From: Eledone cirrhosa
Taxonomy: Eukaryota
NCBI GenBank assembly: GCA_964016885.1
Contig: OZ024740.1
Coordinates: forward strand, 112,220,001 to 112,284,000
Direction: 5' to 3'
DNA: 64,000 nt
The stretch's first letter is position 1, and every line of letters starts with the position of its first letter. The notes under the pieces were generated by a model, which searched no databases, was not told where the DNA came from, and saw only the letters and a program-made list of their open reading frames with translations. The position numbers and the translations under genes were made by a program. Below, one piece after another: positions 52,826 through 64,000 of this stretch.

Positions 52826-53702
52826 AATTCCATATATGGTCAAAGTGATTGTCAAAAATCAGTAGTAATTCTGTGGTTGCAAATTAGTAGGGGAGATGGT
52901 GGCTAAACCTGCCAGTAGGAGAAAGAGGGGAGGGGGTGGAGTAGACCCAATCAAGCGTTGGTAGTGCCAGCTACAGCTGGGCATGAGGTCAAAGAAGATA
53001 CAGGGGAGGGGGAGGGGGAGGAAGTCGGAACGGTAGGTAGAACAATGGGGGGTAAAAATAGGAAAGAAAAAATACTGAGAGTGAAGAAAAGCAAATAAGT
53101 GTAAAGAAAAAATTAAATTCTACGACCTAGGTGTCAGGCTATTGTTAGGCGAGAATAAAATAAAGAAAGAAAGAAAGAAGTAAATAAATAAATAAATAAA
53201 TAAATAAGGAAATAAGTAAAAGAACTAGGTGGGACGAATTAGGCAAGGACCCTTTTAAGAGGTATAAGTACGTAAATGATACGGTGACTGGTCAACAAAA
53301 GGGGCCAAAATACTAAAGAGACTACCACGAAATAAACAATAAAGGTTTCCATCCCGGGCCAGCAACGACCCAGTGCAGCAAAGTGAACTTGTACGACATA
53401 ATAATTCTGAGTCCTATTTCCTATTTTTGTACGACATAATAATTCTGAGTCCTATTTCCTAATTTCCTATTTTTACCCCCCATTGTTCTACCTACCGTTC
53501 CGACTTCCTCCCCCTCCCCCTCCCCTGTATCTTCTTTGACCTCATGCCCAGCTGTAGCTGGCACTACCAACGCTTGATTGGGTCTACTCCACCCCCTCCC
53601 CTCTTTCTCCTACTGGCAGGTTTAGCCACCATCTCCCCTACTAATTTGCAACCACAGAATTACTACTGATTTTTGACAATCACTTTGACCATATATGGAA
53701 TT

Positions 53703-53796
53703 ACCCCTTGAGAAGATCGGCTATTTAAATACCAGGATAAATGTTCATTTAGTCCAGAATTAGCCGTCGAAACGGCTTGAGCTCAGCTGTCGGGGT
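53703..53796 (+). ncRNA. Type I hammerhead ribozyme, U3-A8 variant; predicted cleavage after C53791
   Basis: ACCCC-UUGAGAA-GA(u)CGGCUA-[loop]-UAGCCGUC-GAAAC-GGC-uugagcuca-GCU-GUC-GGGGU: stem I ACCCC/GGGGU, 8-bp stem II, stable stem III, GUC triplet. Confidence 0.85.
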
Positions 53797-53808
53797 CTTA
53801 CTGGTTCC

Positions 53809-53874
<66 letters not shown>

Positions 53875-53891
53875 CACATATATATACCTAT

Positions 53892-53942
<51 letters not shown>

Positions 53943-54941
53943 TATATATGTATATATATACATATATACACATATATATATATATATAATATATATATAT
54001 ATATAGGTATATATATGTGTATATATACATATATACACACACATATATATATATATGTGTGTGTGTGTATGTATGTCTATATACATATACATATACATAT
54101 ATATATATATACATATACATATACATATATATATATATATATATATACATATATATACATATACACATATATACATATATATATGATGTAATATAATTTT
54201 ATGTAATTTATATAGAAATTAAGTATAATTGTAGATACGTGTCTATAATTCGTGAAATCACAATTCAGGTAAACTCTTATTGGAGCTGCTCTCACTTCTA
54301 CCCAACTCTCTCTCTCTCACTCTCTCACTCTCTCTCTGTCTATCTCTCTCTCACCCTCTCCCCATCTCTTCCCCCATTTCTCCCCATCTCTTTCTTTCTT
54401 TCTCTCTCCACATTTCACCCCATCTCTTCCATTCTCTCGCTCTCCCCATTTCTCGCATCACTTTCTCCCCCTCTCTTTCAATTTCCTCTCTCTGTCCTCT
54501 CACTCCTCACTCTCTCTCCTCACTCACTCCTCACTCTCTCCTCTCTCTCTCTCTCCTCACTCTCTCCTCACTCTCTCCTCTCTCTCCTCTCCCTTTTCCT
54601 CTCTCTGTCCCCATTTCTCCCATCACTTGCTCTCCTCTCTCTCTCTCCTCTCTCACTCATCTCTCTCTTCCCACCCTCTCTCTTCCTTCCCCTCCTCCAT
54701 ATTTCCCCATTCTCTCTCTCTCTCTCTCTCTCTCCTCACTTTTCCTCTCTTCTTTTTCTCTGCTTCTCTCTACCCCCTTCTCTCTCTCTCCCACAATTCT
54801 GGCTACATGTCCACCACCACCTCCATCTCTCTTCTGACTATCTCTAAAGTCACCACCACCACCACCACCACCACCACCATCTCTATAACCACCAGCACCA
54901 GCACCAGCACCACCACCATCTCTATAACAACCGCCACCACT

Positions 54942-54974
<33 letters not shown>

Positions 54975-56044
54975 TCTCTTCTGACTATCTCTAAAGTCAC
55001 CACCACCACCACCACCACCACTACCCCCACTAGCACCACCACCAAAACTACCACCACCACCACCATCTCTATAACCACCAGCACCACCAACACCACCACC
55101 ACCATCTCTATAACCACCAGCACCAGCACCACCACCATCTCTATAACCACCACCACCACCACCACCACCACTATCGCCACTAACATCGTATCTACCTCAC
55201 CCCCGTCATCACCACCGCCACAACCAGAACTTCCACTTCACCCATTACTATAACTCTCACTTCGACACATAGTGGTTCCCTCACCACTACCACCGCAACT
55301 GCCACCACAACTACAACTACTATTACCGCCACCACTACAACCACCACTACTATCACCATCACTATCAATCTGATTACCACACATGTATGTATGTATGTAT
55401 GTATGTATATATGTGTTTGTGTGTGTGTATGTATGTGTGTATATGTGTGTTTGTGTGTATGTATATGTGTATATGTGTGTTTGTGTGTGTGTATGTATAT
55501 GTGTATATGTGTGTTTGTGTGTATAAATATATGTATAGTGATTCCCGCGCCACTACCACTAGAACTACCACTACTATCACCACCACGACTGCTACTACTA
55601 CTACTACTACTACCACTACCACTACTACTACCACTACTACTACCACTACTACTACCACTACCATCACTACTACTATCACCATCACGATCGCTATCACACA
55701 TGTATGTGTGTATGTATGTGTGTGTGTATGTATGTGTGTGTGTATGTATGTATGTGTGTATGTATGTATGTGTGTGTGTATGTATGTATGTGTGCGTGTA
55801 TGTATGTATGTGTGTGTATGTATGTATGTGTGTATGTATGTATGTGTGTATGTATGTATGTGTGTGTGTATGTATGTATGTGTGTGTGTATGTATGTATG
55901 TATGTGTGTGTCTGTGTGTATCACTATAACTGTAACTATATATCAGCACTACTACCACCACCACTGCTGCTACTACTACTACTATTACTACTACTACCAC
56001 TACTACTACTATCACCACCACCACCACTACTACCACCACCACTG

Positions 56045-56078
<34 letters not shown>

Positions 56079-56122
56079 CACTACTACTACTATCACCACC
56101 ACCACTACTACCACTACCACTG

Positions 56123-56156
<34 letters not shown>

Positions 56157-56236
56157 CACTACTACTACTATCACCACCACCACCACTACTACCACCACCA
56201 CTGCTACTACTACTACTACTACCACTACCACTGCTG

Positions 56237-56281
<45 letters not shown>

Positions 56282-56425
56282 TCACCACCACTACCACCAT
56301 CACTATCACTCTGATTACCTCACATGTGTGAATGAATGTATGTATGTATGTATGTATGTATATATGTATGTGTGTATGTATATATGTATGTGTGTATGTG
56401 TGTATGTATGTGTGTGTCTGTACAG

Positions 56426-56520
56426 AGTCTCTCCCAGTGAGAATGGGTTGTGTTGTGCCAGCTGTCGTCTGTTATTTTCTAAGACAGACTTCTATTGCTA
56501 TGGATTACTACATTCAAAAG
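56426..56520 (+). CDS. Possible host-gene exon, product unknown
   Basis: 95-bp unique island between microsatellites, bounded by …tgtacAG and AAG|GTGAGT. Open in two frames, e.g. SLPVRMGCVVPAVVCYFLRQTSIAMDYYIQK. Confidence 0.5.
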
Positions 56521-56528
56521 GTGAGTGA

Positions 56529-56598
<70 letters not shown>

Positions 56599-56727
56599 AT
56601 AACAGCAACAACAATTTTAACAGTAGCAATAACAACTACTACAACAACAACAGACACCAATAACATAATAGCTAATATTACTTTGGCAACAACTACAACA
56701 AAAAGTAAAGTAATAGCAACTATGCCT

Positions 56728-57430
56728 CCACACCACACCACATCACACCACACCACACCACACCACACCACACCACACCACACCACACTACACCACACCA
56801 CACCACACCACATCACACCACACTACACCACACCACACCACACCACACCACATCACACCACACTACACTACACCTCACCACACCACACTACACTACACTA
56901 CACTAAACCACACCACACTACACCACACCACACCACACCACATCACACCACACCACACCACACCACATCACACTACACTACACCACACCACACCACACCA
57001 CATCACACCACACTACACCACACCACACCACACCACATCACACCACACTACACTACACCTCACCACACCACACTACACTACACTACACTAAACCACACCA
57101 CACTACACCACACCACACCACACCACACCACACCTCACCACACCACATCACACCACACCACACTACACCACACTACACCAAACCACACCACACCACACCT
57201 CACCACACCACACTACACTACACCAAATCACACCACACTACACCACACCACACCACACCTCACCACACCACACCACACCACATCACACCACACTACACCA
57301 CACCACACCACACCACACCACGCCACACCACACCACACCACACCACACCACACTACACTACACCATATCACACTACACCATACCACACCACACCAAACTA
57401 CAATACACCACACCACACCACACCACCACA
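56728..57430. repeat. (CACCA)n pentanucleotide array
   Basis: CACCA/CACTA/CATCA units. Confidence 0.95.
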
Positions 57431-57789
57431 ACAACACAACTAAATTACTACTATACCACAACTCTACCATACCACAACTGTATCACACCACCACAACAAC
57501 ACAACTATATTACTACTATACCACAACGCAGCTATACCACAACTCTACCATACCACAACTCTACCACACCACCACAACAACACAACTATATTACTACTAT
57601 ACCACAACGCAGCTATACCACAACTCTACCATACCACAACTGTATCACAACAACAACACAACTATACCAGAAATATGTTTACATAAATTGTAGAAACAAC
57701 ATATATATTTTGATATCAAAAGACATATTTATGTACCGGTATATATTTGGAGAAAATATATATCCACACACATATACACATATACACTG

Positions 57790-58024
57790 CAGGGTCGATG
57801 GAACTGTGGAGGCCAGGGGGCCATGCTCCCACCCACCCCCATAATTATATATGTTCTCCCCTAACTACCAAAACACACATCTATTTGTATATGCACTACA
57901 ATTTATCTACATGTTATGTTTAACGCATATCAAAGTTTTTTTATATCTTGGTTCAGATTGGATAACAACTAAATTGATCAAATTTGCCCCCTACCCTACA
58001 ATTCAAAATGCTTCCTTCGCCCTT
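57790..58024. mobile_element. Degenerate DNA-transposon MITE (CAGGG… termini)
   Basis: The right end is the reverse complement of 49204-49270 (CAGGGGCGGTGGAAGCATTT…GGGGGCAAAATTTGGTCAATTTAGT). Confidence 0.45.
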
Positions 58025-58046
58025 ATATTATACATTCAAACTCACA

Positions 58047-58105
<59 letters not shown>

Positions 58106-59228
58106 CTTGTTCAATCGGGGGTAACCACAGAAAGTAACGTACTCAATTCATAGCAGAATATAAATATTTAGTATAGAAATGCCTTCTACAGGACTAGAAC
58201 TGTTTCATTCCCGGTGATTTCCTTCGAATGAAACAGTTCCAGTGCTTTGGAAGCCATTTCTATATTAAATGAATATATATACACACACACACGCAATCAC
58301 ACATACACACACAGAATTGTCTGTCTATAGAATTTCTCTATGCATCTACGTTTACTAAATGTGTGTATGTATGCGTGCAAACGTGCGTGTGTCTATCATG
58401 TACCTCCATGAGTATACCAGAGAAGTAGACTTACATACATACATACATGCATGCATGAGAGTCTTGTATCTATGTTAGAAACCAACTCTCTCTCTCTCTA
58501 TTGGCAAAAATTTGTCAAATTATAAAACCAGAAGAACCTACATACATACATACATACATACGTGAAATTACTTCTCTCATAACCCAACCCAGTATCGAAA
58601 TAAAAGTAAACGAATACAACAAACCCAAACTAACCAAGACCCACCATATCAAATACAATTACTGAGCTACAAAATACCTTATTTAACACAAATAATCCTC
58701 TAAAACTATCCATTTAACAATATATCATCGTATATTAACAAACTAAACAACGTTGACAAACACACATGCACACACGTGTATATATATATATTTGAAAAGG
58801 GAAGTAAGATTCTATACAAAACAGTGGTTATAGAGAAAAGGTGAGATTGGAAATAGCACTGAAAGTATATTTAAGGGTCTGTTTTTCTTTTTTTTTTTTC
58901 CTTTTCTTTGATTCGTCAAAGTTACATTATTGGAAAAATGAGAGGGACAATTCTTTTAAATAAATAGTTTTATAATGTATATAATGTATATAAAGTATTA
59001 CGGGTTTTGATGTATTAGTAAAATTCATCTTATCAAATGTTGAGTATTACAATTAAAAAGTATTAATAAGGATTAAAAACTAAAAATTAAAGATTCAAAA
59101 TTAAATGTTAAGGTAAGTTTTTGCATCTTCCTTGTTGAGAAGGAGACTCCATACACAAACAAACATTGTATATACATAGTCGATCTTTCGGGCGGTTACA
59201 AAATGCCGAGAGAAAAAGTTAATATAGA

Positions 59229-59378
59229 AAATGATGTGTTTATGCACCGAGGTGCTATACAATAGCTTATAAAATAGGGTGTAGACCCTTAAAGACAAAA
59301 GACAATAAAAAGTTGCGATCCGTCGCTATGAGGACTCGGAACTCCATACCTTCCAGATACCGTGCTTGAGCACATCAT

Positions 59379-59379
<1 letters not shown>
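59229..59379. mobile_element. Short repeat with ~18-bp inverted termini; relative at ~3258-3487
   Basis: Termini AATGATGTGTTTATGCAC / GTGCTTGAGCACATCATT. Internal AAATAGGGTGTAGACC and GAACTCCATACCTTCCAGATA match 3320-3378. Confidence 0.5.
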
Positions 59380-60695
<1,316 letters not shown>

Positions 60696-60700
<5 letters not shown>

Positions 60701-61532
60701 AGTATGCATGTATACGTACATACATATATGTATACAGACGTACAGTAGCATGCACATATATATATATATATATACATATATACATACATATGCATACAGG
60801 TACACATACATATATGCACGTATCAGTTTAGCGGCGCTAACGTCGCTTTGTTCGTTTGTAAACAAACTGAACAGCCTGAATTTATGCCATACGGTGTTAA
60901 GGCAACCACGTCACCTTTTTGTTCAACACTGACACAGGAACGATGTACTAGTTTCAAGCTTGTTAGCTATCATCAGCACCGTTTACCCATCTGCCAGATA
61001 GTTGAACGTTCGAAAGTATATACTTTCCTTATGAAAATTAACGGCTGAGCAGCCTAATTTGCATATTGAGTGAGTTAAATCGGTCAGGCATACCGAAAAC
61101 GATAAATTGAAACAAAATGAAAACGAAATTTCATTTCTCACTCTTAGTATGGCACTTACTTAAATGTAAGTATGCATGTATACGTACATACATATATGTA
61201 TACAGACGTACAGTAGCATGCACATATATATATATATATACATATATACATACATATGCATACAGGTACACATACATATATGCACGTATCAGTTTAGCGG
61301 CGCTAACGTCGCTTTGTTCGTTTGTAAACAAACTGAACAGCCTGAATTTATGCCATACGGTGTTAAGGCAACCACGTCACCTTTTTGTTCAACACTGACA
61401 CGGGAACGATGTACTAGTTTCAAGCTTGTTAGCTATCATCAGCACCGTTTACCCATCTGCCAGATAGTTGAACGTTCGAAAGTATATACTTTCCTTATGA
61501 AAATTAACGGCTGAGCAGCCTAATTTGCATAT
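60696..61532. repeat. Near-identical ~370-bp direct duplication (60696-61066 / 61164-61532) between two (TA)n tracts
   Basis: The copies differ by about one substitution and one TA unit; the spacer is 97 bp. Confidence 0.92.
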
Positions 61533-61561
61533 ACACATATATATATATATATATATATATG

Positions 61562-61644
<83 letters not shown>

Positions 61645-61663
61645 ATATATATATATATATGTG

Positions 61664-61748
<85 letters not shown>

Positions 61749-62064
61749 TGTATAGTTATTTAGTGTGTAATGTTAAGGTACTGCCAGTTCACTAGTTTAA
61801 GCACTCAATACGATTACGTGGAAGGGCTAATTTCATCATACTCTGAGCTGGTCGATTGTGAAACGCACGTCATATAGTTGTTGTAAAACATACATATGTC
61901 ATACAGGCAGCAAAGATCTGATACAGACCTCTGGACCTTATAGTATATCAATCAGTGACCGTTACTTGCAATACAAGTTTCACCTATTTAAAAAGTTTGT
62001 ACAAGAGTGTTCGCATTGAGTCGTGAAAGTGTCGGATTAAATATTTTGGTATTTATTCAGTGTT

Positions 62065-62420
62065 CTTGCATACCCTTACCTATGGTCATGAATCATGGGT
62101 AATGAGCGAAAGAATACGAATTCGAATAAAAGGGGCAGAAATGGGTTCTTCCGAAAGGTCTTTGTGGTAACGTTACTCAATAGATTCGGTAGCTCGTAGG
62201 ACATACTGTCGCTCCAAGCAAAGCCGTTACTTTTTCGAATTGAGAGATTACTGCTCCGATATTACGAACATGTTAGAATGTCTGAGGAAAGAATCGCTGG
62301 ACATATTTCACTGAGTTGGTGTCGCTTGGGGATCCAGCTGGATCAGTTGAAGACGGTTGTCTGACAGGAAAACGTGTCTGAAGACTCTGCCCACACGACT
62401 CTCCCAGGAATAAGTGGACG
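62065..62420 (+). pseudogene. Decayed RTE-clade (Expander/Rex3-like) LINE 3' ORF fragment
   Basis: LTYGHESWVMSERIRIRIKGAEMG…LLFRIERLLLRYYEHVRM, with frameshifts; matches the LTYG.E.W.M..R…I.A.EM.F.R pattern. Confidence 0.8.
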
Positions 62421-62881
62421 AAGAAAATGGGATTTGTTCCAGCTCTCTACGCCCTGGGTTCAAATTATGCGGAGGTTAACTTTGTATTTCAATCTTTAAA
62501 GGTAAATAAATAAAAGTACTTGTTCAGGGCGGTTGGTTGGTGAAATTGTAGAAGCGTCGAACGGATGTTTTGTGGTATCTGTCCCGGCTCTGTGTATTCA
62601 CATTTCAAATCCTGCCTCCTGTCACAAGAAAAACCATTATGATTCTTCTCTTGTCGGTATGTAGTATCAGTAATGAATAAAAAGACAATAGAAACATAGT
62701 TTCCTTCATCAATAGAACTAACGTAATGTTATTCATAATAGAGGTGTATATGAAGTTATATAAAAATATGTTTAAGTATAATAAGTCTCGTTATGAATGC
62801 TTTAATCTGTAATCATGTCATACTTATGTCAGTAGCCGTATGAGAAGATATAGCTTATCTCAGTACCGAGTGAGTGAATAA

Positions 62882-62928
62882 ACGTCACTGATGATAGATG
62901 AAAAGAATTTGAAACACTAGTCTGGCGT
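62882..62928 (+). ncRNA. Minimal type I hammerhead ribozyme
   Basis: ACGUCA-CUGAUGA-u-AGAU…AUUU-GAAAC-acua-GUC-UGGCGU: 6-bp stem I, canonical core, palindromic ACUAGU in stem III, GUC triplet. Confidence 0.75.
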
Positions 62929-63327
62929 TCTCACACGGCTGCTAAGATAGGTGTGACAGGGTCGCAGTTAAAACATACACTGCGAGACTTATATATGTTT
63001 ATTACAGGTAAACATATCATATATACATCTATTAGCGTTTACCTTAATCCAATTTGATGATCGGCTCCTTCATTTTCAGTTTGTTCATTGATGAGTCAGT
63101 GTCTTTTGATGGGAATTAATAGACGGTCCAAAGAAAGTTCAACTATTGTTTTGTAAGAGGTTGTAATAGTTTGGTATAAAAAATAGATATCTGAGAAATA
63201 TTTTTTGTATTGGAGTATGGTTGAGTATTGATGTGGCTCTTTAAGGTGTACACGGAGTTTAGTTGTGATGTTGCTATGTTAACTATTTGGATAATCTTCT
63301 TTTAATCATTTACTTCTTTCAACGATT

Positions 63328-63500
63328 AGACTGCGGCCATGCTGGGGCACCATCTTGATTTAGTTGCTCTTATCGACAGCAGTACTTATTTATTGTGTCG
63401 AACCGCTAATATACGGAGCATAAACACCGACAGGCACAAACGTAAAAATGGACACACACACACACACCCACATATATACGCACGCATGCACGCACACAGA

Positions 63501-63587
<87 letters not shown>

Positions 63588-63690
63588 TATAAAGATGACC
63601 TTTTCCAGTTTCCATCTATCAAATTCCACTCACAAAGCGTTGGACAACACGTGACTATTGTAAAATCACTTGCCTAAGTTACTCCAGTGT
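63328..63690 (-). mobile_element. Degenerate SINE split by a (CA)/(TA) microsatellite
   Basis: CTGCGGCCATGCTGGGGCACC… and TTTCCATCTATCAAATTCCACTCACAAAGC…CACTTGCCTAAG (a CORE-like segment in reverse); a related piece lies at 7680-7735. Confidence 0.5.
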
Positions 63691-64000
63691 TGAAACAACT
63701 GGAACACTCATCGTCAGAAGTAACGGAGGTCCAACACCCACGCACGTGCTCACGCTATCACTTTCGTTTCCCTCTGTAATCCTATATCCAATGCAAGGTC
63801 TATATGTCAGTTAGAAAATCAAATTCGGTTAGGGGAGACAATGAAATTGGTTATCATTCACTGTAAAGGCCATGTGACACCGGTTTAGGAAGCAATGATA
63901 GACAGAATGAAAGGAAGAATGAGGGGAACGAACGAAGGGAGGAAAGAAAGAAAGAAGAGGGAGAGAAAGAAAGAAGAGGGGGAGAGAGGACCGAAAGAAA

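Larger units (their letters stand above)
52639..53810. mobile_element. Longest family B element: ~345-bp inverted arms, non-coding centre, two complete hammerheads
   Basis: Arms 52718-53064 / 53463-53810 appear identical in reverse complement. The left arm has an ~80-bp tail to (TA)n. There is a 38-bp-period tandem duplication at the internal junction (53389-53461). Confidence 0.9.

Noticed and set aside
49204-58024. Inverted transposon ends 8.8 kb apart suggesting one large DNA transposon
   Set aside because: The 58-kb end already pairs with a terminus at 57790 and there is no transposase between; more likely independent copies.

Overview
Animal genomic DNA, very rich in microsatellites and repeats. 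The SINE types and the (TA)n/(CA)n/(GATA)n density suggest an octopus or other coleoid cephalopod; this is an inference. Almost every ORF in the track is a translated microsatellite. Real coding signal is limited to four things: (i) an apparently intact ~5.8-kb L1/Tx1-clade non-LTR retrotransposon on the minus strand (ORF1 with a CCHC knuckle; ORF2 with APE endonuclease, RT and zinc finger), sitting in a (GATA)n tract between two 5'-truncated relatives; (ii) a 108-bp exon encoding part of a PDZ domain; (iii) one more possible host exon; (iv) decayed RTE and CRE-like LINE fragments. The most unusual signal is non-coding. About a dozen fold-back (inverted-repeat) inserts from several unrelated families sit mostly inside (TA)n tracts. 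Many carry type I hammerhead ribozyme motifs, including U3-A8 core variants and variants with a very long stem II. Several share one asymmetric layout: a short arm, an inverted junction, then a long arm with a tail. This resembles Penelope-like pseudo-LTRs or retrozymes. Also present: tRNA-derived SINEs, small MITEs, one 31-bp minisatellite at two loci, other minisatellites and a candidate RFX X-box. Coordinates of degenerate repeats are approximate.
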